Shown here: piece by piece, positions 1 through 10,506 of the stretch
Position numbering within the stretch: the first letter of the stretch is position 1
Layout of the letters: every line of letters begins with the position of its first letter
From: Thainema sp.
GTDB taxonomy: Bacteria > Cyanobacteriota > Cyanobacteriia > Phormidesmidales > Phormidesmidaceae
Reading direction: 5' to 3'
DNA: 64,000 bases
Assembly: GCA_052168235.1 (NCBI GenBank)
Contig: JBQLZK010000034.1
Coordinates: forward strand, 1-64,000
Program-made: the position numbers and the translations under genes
The notes under the pieces: generated by a model
Database searches by the model: none
What the model saw: only the letters and a program-made list of their open reading frames with translations
What the model was told of the DNA's origin: nothing

Positions 1-80
1 GCTGGATTTGGACTTAGCACTCTCAAGTCTCTATTTAGAATGCAATAGCCCTGACAAGACATGAGTCTAAATACCTATTT

Positions 81-188
81 TTAAGCTTGGCGAGGCGGTA
101 ATACCCAGCATAAAATTGGACACAAGACCATTGCGGCAACGGTCACAATTAATGAAATCCATAGGCCATCGACGAGATCGGGAGACAT
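81..188 (-). CDS. small single-TM membrane protein, 35 aa (MSPDLVDGLWISLIVTVAAMVLCPILCWVLPPRQA)
   Basis: Translated by hand (below the ORF-track cutoff). ATG at 188 is preceded by GAGGA; TAA stop at 81-83; one hydrophobic stretch. Confidence 0.6.
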   Translation of the reverse strand: MSPDLVDGLWISLIVTVAAMVLCPILCWVLPPRQA

Positions 189-377
189 GGCGATTGTCCT
201 CTCTAGGAATGAACGGTTTTTAGTGGAATATTGAATCCCTACAGTAACTTTCATAGGAATAAGTTACCTCTCCTGAAAGAATACCCATGCCGCAAAAAAC
301 TGTAATCAATGCAACAAATTTCCAGGAAATTTACGCAGTTTTTGGCTAAGTTTTGTAACGAATTCTTTGCAGCTTCA

Positions 378-1148
378 TCAAACCGAATTCAGTTGCCATT
401 GCCAATACTGAATAGATCGAGGTGGTGCGATCGCAACTACAGATGCCGCATAGTCAGCCTGAGGCCGAAAAAGCTGAACATACTGAAAATTCGCTATGTT
501 TGGATTATGGGAATTCATTAATACAAACGGTTGGGCAGATAAGCGCTGAACTTCAACATCTGAAAGGTCAGCCAGCCCTGTACCGACGGCTTTTAAGTAA
601 GCTTCTTTGCAGACCCACAGTTCAAAAAACGCCGTTTTTTGTTGCTGCACAGGCAATGACTTGAGCCACTGCTGCTCGGCGCGTGAGAAGAAGCGTTCCG
701 CCAGTTTGATCGCCTCAATGTCGCGCACTCCTTCTATATCAATGCCAACCTGTAAATCCGGTGCGATCGCACACAGTAGCCACTGATGGGAGTGCGATAC
801 GTTGAAGGAGAAGGTGGCCAATTGAGCGGGTAAACCAGCCGCAGCAATCGATGGCTTGCCGCGATCGCTGTAGGCAAACTGGATGGTTTCGGGCGCTTGA
901 GCTAGATACTGGCTCAGAATGTGGCGCACAATGCCCCGTCCACAGACAAAGCGGTTGCGATCGCGCTCAAACCGAAATCGATTTGCCCGGTCTTTTTCAT
1001 CAGCGGCTAGCCAGTTCCAGAATATGGACTGATATAAATTAGCGTCGTCTAAATTAGCTCGCCAAATATGTAGCGTTTGAGTCTGTCGTTCTGACCAAAG
1101 ATTGATATTTAAGGTTTGCCATTGAATCGGCACATCTGGTGCGTACAT
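378..1148 (-). CDS. Sfp/HetI-type 4'-phosphopantetheinyl transferase
   Basis: Motifs GKP, FNVSHS, VGIDIE and W..KEAYLKA.G.G. Confidence 0.93.
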   Translation of the reverse strand: MYAPDVPIQWQTLNINLWSERQTQTLHIWRANLDDANLYQSIFWNWLAADEKDRANRFRFERDRNRFVCGRGIVRHILSQYLAQAPETIQFAYSDRGKPSIAAAGLPAQLATFSFNVSHSHQWLLCAIAPDLQVGIDIEGVRDIEAIKLAERFFSRAEQQWLKSLPVQQQKTAFFELWVCKEAYLKAVGTGLADLSDVEVQRLSAQPFVLMNSHNPNIANFQYVQLFRPQADYAASVVAIAPPRSIQYWQWQLNSV

Positions 1149-1433
1149 ATTCCTAATGTCAACTAAATGTCAACAACCTGCAACGATTTGCAGCAGCTTG
1201 ATCCCCGAACAGAGGAAAATAGAGAGAGACGAATTTGAATTGCGATCGCAACAGCAACGGTACATCGTTTACCTCAACAATTGCTGCCCTTCCGAATAAC
1301 CAAAAACGAATAAAACCGCACGGGTAGTTCTGAAACGGCAATGATGTTGGCTGGTGTGAGCACCGTCCGAAATTCATTGTCCATGTACCCCTATCAACGC
1401 ACAAACACGAACGGAACAAGAGGAAGATCAACC

Positions 1434-4421
1434 GTGGTGCTACAAGTTTCTGATACGGCTTACGAAGCTCAAACCCAAGCTATTGCTAAAGATTTACTCT
1501 CCGCCACCCGAGAGAAGCGGTCTTTTCTGTCCCAGGTGCGCGACCAGATGCGCTGGGATGACAAACTGCTGGATATTGCAATGGCCCATGACGGGCTGAG
1601 GGTGCAGCTTTTTCGCTTTATCGACACCCTGCCCTCGCTGCACAGCAATGCCGAGATTGCTCGCCATTTACAGGAATATATGGGCGCGGAAGCCGTTGAG
1701 CTGCCCGGCATGTTGAAGGGACTGCTCAATTTTGCTGACCCCAACTCACCTCCGGCTGCGATCGCAGCTACGACGTTTAAAAAAGCGGTTGAAACCCTGG
1801 CGCACAAGTATATCGCCGGAGAATCCATCCCACAGGTAATTAAAACGATTGAGCGGCTCCGTAAAGAGAAAATGGCCTTCACCGTTGACCTGCTGGGCGA
1901 AGCGGTAATCACCGAAGCAGAGGCGCACTCTTATCGGCAGCGCTACATGGATCTGATGGAGCAGTTGGTGTCGGCCTCCAAATCCTGGTCTACCGTGCCC
2001 CAGATTGACCAAGCCGATGGCGAGCCAGTGCCGCAGGTGCAGGTCTCGGTCAAACTCACGGCCTTTTACTCGCAGTTTGATCCGCTCGATGCCGAAGGCA
2101 GTCGTGAAGTCGTCAGCGATCGCATTCGCACCCTACTGCGTCATGCCCAGGAAGTCGGGGCAGCAGTGCATTTCGATATGGAGCAGTATCGCTACAAGAC
2201 TCTGACGCTGGCAATTTTGAAAGATATCCTACTGGAGCCAGAATTCTGCGATCGCACCGACATTGGTGTGACGCTGCAAGCCTATCTGCGCGACAGCTAC
2301 CATGACTTGAAAGACCTGATCGAATGGGCCAAACAGCGCGGCAAACCCGTCACCGTCCGCTTGGTGAAAGGCGCGTACTGGGATCAGGAAACGATTCACG
2401 CCTCCCAGGAAGACTGGCCGCTGCCCGTCTACAGCGAAAAATCCTCCACCGATGTGAACTATGAGCGGATGACTCGCCTGCTGCTGGAGAATCATGAGTA
2501 CCTCTATGCCGCCATCGCCAGCCACAATGTGCGATCGCAGGCTTATGCAATTGCGATCGCGCGGGAGCTGAAAATTCCTCCCCGCCGGATTGAGCTACAG
2601 GTGCTCTATGGCATGGCCGATAAGCTGGCCAGAGCACTGGTGCAGCAGGGTTTTCGGGTGCGGGTCTACTGCCCCTACGGTGAGCTGATTCCCGGCATGG
2701 CCTACCTAATTCGGCGTCTACTGGAGAACACCGCCAACAGCTCCTTCCTGCGCCAAAGTGTGGAAGAACGCTCCGCCGAGGAGCTAATCGCGCCACCCGT
2801 CATGGCAGAAATTGATCAGGCCGACACTGCGCCCTATCCAGACGTGCCCGTGCCGTTTGAGAACGCTCGCAATACCGATTTTGCCGTTACCGAGCAGCGA
2901 ACTAAGTTCTTCCAAGCCTTAAAAACCGTGCGCCAGCAGCTCGGCCAAACCTATCTGCCGCTGGTCAATGGCGAACGAGTCGAAACTGAGAGCAAAGTCG
3001 ATTCCGTCAATCCCGCTCGCCCCAGCGAAGTTGTCGGTCACATTGGCTTATTGAGTGTCGAACAGGCAGAAACTGCGATCGCAGCCGCAAAAGCCGCATT
3101 CCCAGCCTGGAAAGCCACGCCAGCAAAAGAACGAGCCAATATTCTCCGCAAAGCCGCCGATTTACTGGAACAGCGGCGGGCGGAACTCTGCGCCTGGATG
3201 GCGTTTGAAGTCGGCAAAACCCTCAGCCAGTCTGATCCGGAAGTCTCCGAAGCGATTGATTTCTGTCGCTACTACGCCGACCAGATGGAGAAGCTTGACA
3301 GCGGCTACAACCACGATCTGCCGGGTGAAACCAACCAGTATCGCTATCAGCCGCGCGGCGTGTCCATCGTCATTTCACCCTGGAATTTCCCGCTGGCCAT
3401 TCCGGTGGGGATGACGGTGGCATCGCTGGTTACGGGCAACTGCACGCTCTTGAAACCGGCTGAAACCTCGTCGGTGATTGCGGCCAAAATCACGGAAATC
3501 CTAGTCGATGCAGGCATTCCCAAGGGCGTCTTCCAGTATGTCCCCGGCAAAGGCTCCACCGTCGGCGCTCACATGGTCAAGCATCCCGACGTGCATATGA
3601 TCACCTTCACCGGATCGCGGGAAGTTGGTTGCCGCATCTACGCCGATGCCGCCATTGTCCAGCCGGGACAAAAGCACCTGAAGCGCGTCGTCGCCGAAAT
3701 GGGCGGCAAAAATGCCGTCATCGTCGATGAAAGTGCCGACCTCGATCAGGCCGTGCAGGGCGTGGTCTACTCCGCCTTTGGCTACAGCGGTCAGAAATGC
3801 TCGGCTTGCTCCCGCGTCATCGTGCTAGCACCCATTTATGACAACTTTGTCCATCGCCTAGTGGAAGCCGCGCGATCGCTCAATGTCGGTGCGCCGGATG
3901 AACCCGCAACCGGGGTCGGCCCCGTAATTGATGCCGCCGCTCAAGCTCGGATAAAGGAATACATCGAGCAGGGCAAAGCAGAAGCGACGCTGGCTCTGTC
4001 TGCCGATGCACCAGATACAGGCTACTTCGTGCCACCGACCATCTTTACTGACGTGGCCCCAGATGCCGTGATTGCCCAAGAAGAGATCTTTGGCCCAGTT
4101 TTAGCGGTCATTAAAGCCAAAACCTTTGACGAAGCAATGGCCATTGCCAACGGCACGGACTACGCCCTCACGGGTGGTTTGTACTCCCGCACCCCGTCCC
4201 ACATTGACCGTGCCTACGCAGAATTTGAAGTTGGTAACCTCTATATCAACCGAGGCATCACGGGCGCAATCGTCTCGCGGCAAGCCTTCGGTGGCTTCAA
4301 GATGTCAGGGGTTGGCTCCAAGGCAGGTGGCCCCGACTATCTGCTCCAGTTCCTCGAACCGCGCAGCGTCACCGAAAACGTCCAGCGTCAGGGCTTTGCC
4401 CCGATTGAAGGCTGGAGTTAA
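1434..4421 (+). CDS. putA: bifunctional proline dehydrogenase / L-glutamate gamma-semialdehyde (P5C) dehydrogenase
   Basis: PRODH motifs (DLLGEA, VRLVKGAYWD, YLIRRLLEN) plus ALDH motifs (SPWNFP, AEMGGKN, GQKCSA, EEIFGPV). GTG start at 1434 chosen after GAGGAAG. Confidence 0.95.
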   Translation: MVLQVSDTAYEAQTQAIAKDLLSATREKRSFLSQVRDQMRWDDKLLDIAMAHDGLRVQLFRFIDTLPSLHSNAEIARHLQEYMGAEAVELPGMLKGLLNFADPNSPPAAIAATTFKKAVETLAHKYIAGESIPQVIKTIERLRKEKMAFTVDLLGEAVITEAEAHSYRQRYMDLMEQLVSASKSWSTVPQIDQADGEPVPQVQVSVKLTAFYSQFDPLDAEGSREVVSDRIRTLLRHAQEVGAAVHFDMEQYRYKTLTLAILKDILLEPEFCDRTDIGVTLQAYLRDSYHDLKDLIEWAKQRGKPVTVRLVKGAYWDQETIHASQEDWPLPVYSEKSSTDVNYERMTRLLLENHEYLYAAIASHNVRSQAYAIAIARELKIPPRRIELQVLYGMADKLARALVQQGFRVRVYCPYGELIPGMAYLIRRLLENTANSSFLRQSVEERSAEELIAPPVMAEIDQADTAPYPDVPVPFENARNTDFAVTEQRTKFFQALKTVRQQLGQTYLPLVNGERVETESKVDSVNPARPSEVVGHIGLLSVEQAETAIAAAKAAFPAWKATPAKERANILRKAADLLEQRRAELCAWMAFEVGKTLSQSDPEVSEAIDFCRYYADQMEKLDSGYNHDLPGETNQYRYQPRGVSIVISPWNFPLAIPVGMTVASLVTGNCTLLKPAETSSVIAAKITEILVDAGIPKGVFQYVPGKGSTVGAHMVKHPDVHMITFTGSREVGCRIYADAAIVQPGQKHLKRVVAEMGGKNAVIVDESADLDQAVQGVVYSAFGYSGQKCSACSRVIVLAPIYDNFVHRLVEAARSLNVGAPDEPATGVGPVIDAAAQARIKEYIEQGKAEATLALSADAPDTGYFVPPTIFTDVAPDAVIAQEEIFGPVLAVIKAKTFDEAMAIANGTDYALTGGLYSRTPSHIDRAYAEFEVGNLYINRGITGAIVSRQAFGGFKMSGVGSKAGGPDYLLQFLEPRSVTENVQRQGFAPIEGWS

Positions 4422-4449
4422 CTGAGCGTGGATTTAATCAATCCGCAAG

Positions 4450-4495
4450 CGTCCCTTTTGCTACACGGTGGTGGCACAAGGGACGTTTTTATTTT
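4450..4495 (+). terminator. intrinsic terminator after putA
   Basis: CGTCCCTT...AAGGGACG stem followed by TTTTTATTTT. Confidence 0.7.
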
Positions 4496-4773
4496 GCGAT
4501 CGCAACCAACCCCTAACCTGTCCAACCGCTTCATCCGTACTTAATTCTTTTCCCCAGATTTATCCCGATTAAATATAGATTCTGTAAATCAAAAACACAA
4601 CCAAGGTACATCTACGGATAGATGCGGTTATCGTGCGATATACAGATGCAGATTGGCCTGCTTTTGGATGAGTGGCTTATGTGAATGTATGCAAAAGCAC
4701 AACTCACAAGGGTGACTGCTTGATCTCGTCAATTCATGACTTAGATATCTGACGAAATTACTGGGAAATCAAC

Positions 4774-6447
4774 ATGAGTGTCAGCGATTTAAGAGACTTT
4801 GAACATAATGCAGTCATCGAAACCGATATCTGCATTATTGGTTCTGGGCCAGCCGGATTATCGATTGCCAAAGAGTTTGCTGGCTCGAACATTCAAGTCT
4901 GGGTTATCGAAAGCGGTGGCTATACCGAAGAACCAGACACTCAAGCCCTCTACGACATTGAAAGCGTCGGCGTTCCCCGCATGCCCCAGGAGCGAGTCCG
5001 CAATCGCATCTTGGGCGGCAGTACCCATACCTGGTTTGGTCGCTGCGCTCCATTTAACGAAATGGACTTCCAGCGACGCGATTGGGTACCTTACTCTGGC
5101 TGGCCGATTGAGCTAGAGAGCTTAACGCCATACTTAGAACGAGCAGGCAAAAACTTAGGTTTAGGCCCCAGCTACTACGATCAACGGCTTGAGCAGGCAT
5201 TAAATGCCTCTGCCTCAGCACCTAAGTTTGATTCCAGCTTATTGAGCAACCAGTTTTGGCAGTACAGCAAAGTTTCTAATACCAACCGAGAGCCTGTGCG
5301 CTTTGGGCCAAATTTCTTCCCCAAGCTAAAGGATGTGCCCAATATTCATGTGCTGATGCACGCCAACGTGACGCACATTAACACCAATCAGCAGGGCACC
5401 AAAGTTGAGTCCGTCGATGTCAGCACGCTAGAGCATAAGCAGGCTCGGATTCAGGCAAACGTCGTCATCCTCTGCTGCGGTGGCGTAGAAAACGCTCGTC
5501 TATTGCTGGCCTCTAATCGGATTGTGCCGCAGGGCGTGGGCAACCAGAACGACACCGTTGGCCGTTTCCTAGCCGACCATCCCGGCACCGTACTGGGCAC
5601 GTTTGCTCCCAAGCACTTCACCAAAATCAACAACTACTTCGGCAACTACTGGCTGTTTAACCAAACGGGCAAGCACTACTACAACCGAGGTATTGCCCTC
5701 AGTCCAGAGATCCAGAAGCGAGAAGGTTTGCTGAACTGCGCCGCTTACCTGAATCCCACCACCGCTGACGATGATCCGTGGGAAGCGATCAAGCGATTGC
5801 GCGATCGCATCAAGAAAGTCCGTCAGGTTTCAACCCCTATGCATCGGGACGTATTAGCGCTTTTGGCGCATCCCGATACGGTAGCACAGGGGCTGTATCA
5901 GCATCGCGTGGTGAAGCGCCCCCCCGTCAGCCGCGCCAAAGAGCTGGAAGTGTACTGCCTCACCGAGCAGCTACCCAATCCCGACAGTCGCGTCATGCTG
6001 TCTGAGCAGAAAGACGCGCTGGGAATGCCGCTATCTAAGATTGACTGGCGGATTAGCGACTTGGAAAAGCAGTCGGTACGTCGTTTAGGCCAGCTAATTC
6101 AGCAGGAATCGCAGCGGCTCAAGCTGCCACCGCTGATTTTGGAAGACTGGCTAGACTCTGACGAACCGTGGCGGCATCGGATGAAGGATCGCTCCCATCC
6201 CACCAGCACTACACGGATGTCCATCAATCCCAAGGAAGGCGTGGTTGATCCAAACTGTCAGGTACATGGCGTCGATGGCTTGTTTGTCGCTGGCAGTTCG
6301 ACCTTTCCCACCACGGGATATGCCAATCCAACACTAATGATTATTTCCATGTCAATTCGGATTGCAGACTGGCTGAAGGCAACTCACTTCCGCTCATCAC
6401 AAATCAGCCAAACGGCCTCTGCGCTTGAGCTAGAGACGGTTGCGTAA
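4774..6447 (+). CDS. GMC family FAD-dependent oxidoreductase
   Basis: N-terminal GSGPAG Rossmann motif, LGGS, LCCGGVENARLLL, C-terminal GVVD...ANPTL. Confidence 0.9.
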   Translation: MSVSDLRDFEHNAVIETDICIIGSGPAGLSIAKEFAGSNIQVWVIESGGYTEEPDTQALYDIESVGVPRMPQERVRNRILGGSTHTWFGRCAPFNEMDFQRRDWVPYSGWPIELESLTPYLERAGKNLGLGPSYYDQRLEQALNASASAPKFDSSLLSNQFWQYSKVSNTNREPVRFGPNFFPKLKDVPNIHVLMHANVTHINTNQQGTKVESVDVSTLEHKQARIQANVVILCCGGVENARLLLASNRIVPQGVGNQNDTVGRFLADHPGTVLGTFAPKHFTKINNYFGNYWLFNQTGKHYYNRGIALSPEIQKREGLLNCAAYLNPTTADDDPWEAIKRLRDRIKKVRQVSTPMHRDVLALLAHPDTVAQGLYQHRVVKRPPVSRAKELEVYCLTEQLPNPDSRVMLSEQKDALGMPLSKIDWRISDLEKQSVRRLGQLIQQESQRLKLPPLILEDWLDSDEPWRHRMKDRSHPTSTTRMSINPKEGVVDPNCQVHGVDGLFVAGSSTFPTTGYANPTLMIISMSIRIADWLKATHFRSSQISQTASALELETVA

Positions 6448-6458
6448 TATTCCTACTC

Positions 6459-6506
6459 CATAAACAGCAAAGGGGGCAGTTGTGACTGCCCCCTTTGCTG
6501 TTTATG
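6459..6506. terminator. bidirectional terminator between convergent genes
   Basis: Perfect 22-bp inverted repeat CATAAACAGCAAAGGGGGCAGT with a 4-nt loop. Confidence 0.8.
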
Positions 6507-6525
6507 TTTATGAGTCGTTTGCGAT

Positions 6526-7737
6526 TTACCAACGCTTATCGTCTTGCTGTTTGCGTTCAATAAATGAATCCCAATCTTCCCAAGGTTCAGCATCTGGATT
6601 GGGTTCCGCCGACTGCGGACTCCCAGAATGGTGCTGACTTGCCTCCCCCTGCGGATGGACTGGATCAGGCGGGACTTGATCGCGCCATTGAGGATGGCCG
6701 GAGCTGTAGCGATCGCGGTTATCGTCTACATAATCTGGCTCGCTGTAGCCAGGGTCACTGGCATAGCTATCATCTTGGTAATCATCACTGTAGCCACTAT
6801 CATATGGATCACCATAATCGTCTGGTGTTTCAGCCTCTGGATATTGGGGCGGCGTGAGGACTCGGTAATCGGCGTCATAAACGGTTTGCGGATCAATCGT
6901 CTCCGGTTCGTCATCGTCGCTGCGATCGTAGATATTATCGACATGGCCACCTGTATCCCCAGCTTTGCGGTAGCTGTAGGAATAGGCGGAACCGGAACGA
7001 TAGGTTTCTTCTGGTTCTTGAGCGGCTTCGTAGTTGGGCGGCTCATAGCTACGGGGTTCGTAGTCGCGCGGTGGGGGCGTATAGGTTGAATTGCGATCGC
7101 GCTCTAAATCCTCTAATTCATCAAACTCATCTCGCGGTGGCTGAGGCCGATGCAAATTTTCATAGCCTTCCCAGTCTTCCCACTCTTCTAAACCGCGATC
7201 GCGTTCGTCCCAGTCCATATACTGGCGGCGCGAAAACTGTCCCCAGTTCGACATCCAATCTGAGATCTTCCGTCCAGCTTGGTTGACGGGATTGGCTGCT
7301 TTAGACCGGGTACTGGCCTGGTCTGTCCCGTAATTTGCCCTGTAATCCGGTTCGTAGGCTGACTGATAGTCCGAGCGGTAGCCCGAGGCATAGGCTGAAT
7401 CGGAACGCGGCGTGGCCGAAGCCGAAAAGCCGTAATTCGTGTCATAAGACTGACGATTAGTGGATCGATCGCGTGGTTCATCCTGGGGCGGCACGCTGAA
7501 ACCAGCAGGGCGGCGTCGCCAACCCTCACGGGAGGGAGGACGAGTCGTGAGTAGCGCGATCAGGATTGTGATTAAACTGCCCAGTGCGATCGCACATAGC
7601 AACCAAAACGCCAGCGGCAGCGCCTGAGTTTGTCCCCCCAAAAAGACGAGCGGTAGGGAGGGCGACAGGTTCTGTATGGTGAGCACGACCAGTGCCACCA
7701 AGACGACAACGAGTAGAATGAGACGCTTCCAAGCCAT
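6526..7737 (-). CDS. LapA-like (DUF1049) two-TM membrane protein with a long acidic disordered tail
   Basis: N-terminal TM-QN..P.L.LVFLG..T..LPL..W-TM pattern; D/E/Y/P-rich C-terminus. Confidence 0.7.
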   Translation of the reverse strand: MAWKRLILLVVVLVALVVLTIQNLSPSLPLVFLGGQTQALPLAFWLLCAIALGSLITILIALLTTRPPSREGWRRRPAGFSVPPQDEPRDRSTNRQSYDTNYGFSASATPRSDSAYASGYRSDYQSAYEPDYRANYGTDQASTRSKAANPVNQAGRKISDWMSNWGQFSRRQYMDWDERDRGLEEWEDWEGYENLHRPQPPRDEFDELEDLERDRNSTYTPPPRDYEPRSYEPPNYEAAQEPEETYRSGSAYSYSYRKAGDTGGHVDNIYDRSDDDEPETIDPQTVYDADYRVLTPPQYPEAETPDDYGDPYDSGYSDDYQDDSYASDPGYSEPDYVDDNRDRYSSGHPQWRDQVPPDPVHPQGEASQHHSGSPQSAEPNPDAEPWEDWDSFIERKQQDDKRW

Positions 7738-7983
7738 GACGTGATCTTAGCGAATGGGATTGAGAATTATTATGTTGATTTTGGTGTCATTTTCCACGGT
7801 GTTGGACAAAATCATCCATTAACGTATCTTTAGAGGGCATCTATGAAGTTGAGGAATGTTTAAGATCGGTAGTAGTTCAGTAGTGGTGAGGTGGTTTTCA
7901 AACTTATTACCTACACATCACTACCGTTAATCACAATCAACAACATCCATTTCGCCCAAAATTCGCCAAAGAGTTGAGCTGAC

Positions 7984-8538
7984 ATGCAACAAGTCCTTTA
8001 TATCCTGGGAGAACTCATCGATGACGACGTGGATTGGATTTTGGAAGTGGGTCAGCGTCAAGAACTGCCGGCTGGAGAAATTTTGATTCAAGAAGGCGTC
8101 CCCGCAACCGCCTTGTTTTTAGTCCTAGAAGGGACACTCGGTGTCACGGTCACTGGCGTTAAACACGAATTGGCTCGCTTGGTCACAGGTGACATCGTGG
8201 GCGAAATGTCGTTCATTGATTCGCGACCGCCCTCTGCTACCGTTAAAACGCTCAACCCCTGCTTGCTGCTGACGCTGCCCCGTGAAAAGCTAGCCGAGCG
8301 ACTCAATCTCGATACGGGCTTTGCTTCTCGCTTTTACCGAGCCCTGGCGGTCTTGCTCTCCAACCGCCTACGGGGAACCGTGCGGGTGATGGGCAGGCGG
8401 GTCAGTCAGCCCGACGATACAGAATTCCACGATCAAATGCAGGAAGAAGATTTATCGCAGGATATGTCTGAGAATGTTGCGATCGCAAAAGTGCGATTTG
8501 ACTGGTTGCTCCGTCGCCTCAAAACCGGCCAAATCTAG
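7984..8538 (+). CDS. cyclic nucleotide-binding domain protein
   Basis: LIQEG, LFLVLEG, GDIVGEMSFID.RP.SATV. Confidence 0.9.
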   Translation: MQQVLYILGELIDDDVDWILEVGQRQELPAGEILIQEGVPATALFLVLEGTLGVTVTGVKHELARLVTGDIVGEMSFIDSRPPSATVKTLNPCLLLTLPREKLAERLNLDTGFASRFYRALAVLLSNRLRGTVRVMGRRVSQPDDTEFHDQMQEEDLSQDMSENVAIAKVRFDWLLRRLKTGQI

Positions 8539-9148
8539 TTTGCCTAATTTCAAGAACCCAAAGCGATGATTTTGCTTTTCTGCAAGATTCAAGCAAAACC
8601 ACTAAAATGCCGCTATGTGAATAAACGCAACGCCATGTTACAGCTTTGTTTCAGAGCGACAGGGCGTAAGCTGTTAATCTCTGTCGAAAGGTAGAACTTC
8701 ATCTTGCGTTGGATGTATTTTGGGGCTGTACTCCATCGTCAAAGAGATAGAATGTGGCTGGAATGGCAGTTGTCACCAATATAATTTTTCGCAATCTTGT
8801 TCGTAATTTTTGCTTGTAGTTTTGCAATCTTGTAATTGATGCAATCGACTGCTAATCGTCAACCGATTAACAGCAGATCGACAATAAAATTAACTGAAAT
8901 TTGCTGCGATCGCAGTGCGATCGCGCATCAATTGCATTGAGCCAAAGCTTAGCCTAAACATTAAGTCAGCCTTAATTTTTATCGCTTTCAGAGCATGAAA
9001 TGGCTCAATGGCTGGGGGTTAATCCACTTATACTCACGTGATTAATCCACATTCAAACACTACAGTTCGCACGAAACAGATTGCTAAAGGTTGCCAAGCT
9101 AAAGCGAGCCATTCGTGCTATAGCTCCCATTGAACTCAATTGAATAAT

Positions 9149-10471
9149 ATGCGCGATACCCCATCGGCTTCTGAACGAAGTCACATCGTTAATCAGTTGG
9201 GACAATTTTTCCGTTCCCGGCTGCGATTCATAACATTAGGATTTGTCGTCTTTTTTAGTATCTTATTTTTTGGAATTTCAGTCCTCTCCCAGCAGCCTGT
9301 GCGTCTGACCGTGCTGATGCAGGCGCTCGAAGGCGCACAGTGGCAGGGCATCATTGAAGAATTTGAGGCGCAAAATCCAGATATTCAACTCAATATTGTT
9401 GAAGGGCCAAATGCTACTAACCTGATTGAAGACCTGTATACATCTTCGTTTTTGCTGGGTGACTCTCCCTACGATTTGGTCTACATGGATATTGTCTGGG
9501 TGCCGAAATTTGCAGCAGCAGGCTGGCTCCAGGATCTATCAGACCAAGTTTCACCCGAAGAACTAGATGATTTTCTAGAAGGCGATGTCAACGGCGGACG
9601 CTACGAGGGCGGCCTCTACCGAATGCCTTTCCGCTCCGACGCTGGTATGCTCTACTACCGTGAGGATCTGCTCACACAGGCCGGGCTAGAACCCCCCGAA
9701 ACAGCGCAGGAACTGGTTGAAGTCTCAAAACAGCTACAGGAATCTGTTGATGCAGATTGGGGCTACGTTTGGCAGGGTCGGCAGTATGAAGGACTGTCGG
9801 CCATGTTTGTTGAAGTGCTGGAAGGCTTTGGTGGCTATTGGGTTGACCCCGACACCCGCGAAGTTGGGCTAGATCAGCAAGCCGCCATAGATGCGATCGC
9901 ATTTTTAAAAAACACGATTGACGAAGGCGTCTCACCACCGGGTGTCACCACCTATCAGGAAGAGGAAGCCCGTCGTTTATTCCAAAGCGGCGAGTCCATC
10001 TTTATGCGGAACTGGCCCTATGTGTGGCAGCTCGCCAATTCAGATGACTCCCCCGTACAAGGCAAAATCGCCATTAAGCCCATGATCCATGCCCAGGGCT
10101 TCGACAGTGCCGCCTGTCAGGGTGGCTGGGGCATTGGCATTTCTCGCACTACCCCTCATCCAGAGGAAGCGTGGCGAGCCATTGAATTTTTCACCAGCCC
10201 GGAGATCCAAAAACAGTTCATCTTAAATAACGGTTACGTGCCCAGTCGGCGTTCTCTCTTTACCGACCCCGACGTAGTGGCGCAGTACGAATTTATGCCG
10301 GATCTGCTAGAGGTGGTGCAAAACTCAGTCTTGCGGCCACCGATTGCCCAGTATGCCCAGGTTTCTGATATTTTGCAGCGCTACCTCAGCGCCGCGCTAA
10401 CCGAACGGATGTCGCCAGAAGATGCGATGAATGCCGCCGCGCGGGAAACGCGCCAAGTGCTCGGCACATAA
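9149..10471 (+). CDS. carbohydrate ABC transporter substrate-binding protein
   Basis: N-terminal TM; YDLVYMDIVW, LYYREDLL, FMRNWPY; first gene of a CUT1-type ABC operon. Confidence 0.9.
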   Translation: MRDTPSASERSHIVNQLGQFFRSRLRFITLGFVVFFSILFFGISVLSQQPVRLTVLMQALEGAQWQGIIEEFEAQNPDIQLNIVEGPNATNLIEDLYTSSFLLGDSPYDLVYMDIVWVPKFAAAGWLQDLSDQVSPEELDDFLEGDVNGGRYEGGLYRMPFRSDAGMLYYREDLLTQAGLEPPETAQELVEVSKQLQESVDADWGYVWQGRQYEGLSAMFVEVLEGFGGYWVDPDTREVGLDQQAAIDAIAFLKNTIDEGVSPPGVTTYQEEEARRLFQSGESIFMRNWPYVWQLANSDDSPVQGKIAIKPMIHAQGFDSAACQGGWGIGISRTTPHPEEAWRAIEFFTSPEIQKQFILNNGYVPSRRSLFTDPDVVAQYEFMPDLLEVVQNSVLRPPIAQYAQVSDILQRYLSAALTERMSPEDAMNAAARETRQVLGT

Positions 10472-10506
10472 ATCTAGGGACGTAAATTGAGATTTGAATT
10501 GAACCC

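Noticed and set aside
378..1148. PPTase as the marker of an NRPS/PKS cluster
   Set aside because: No carrier-protein or synthetase genes in the window.
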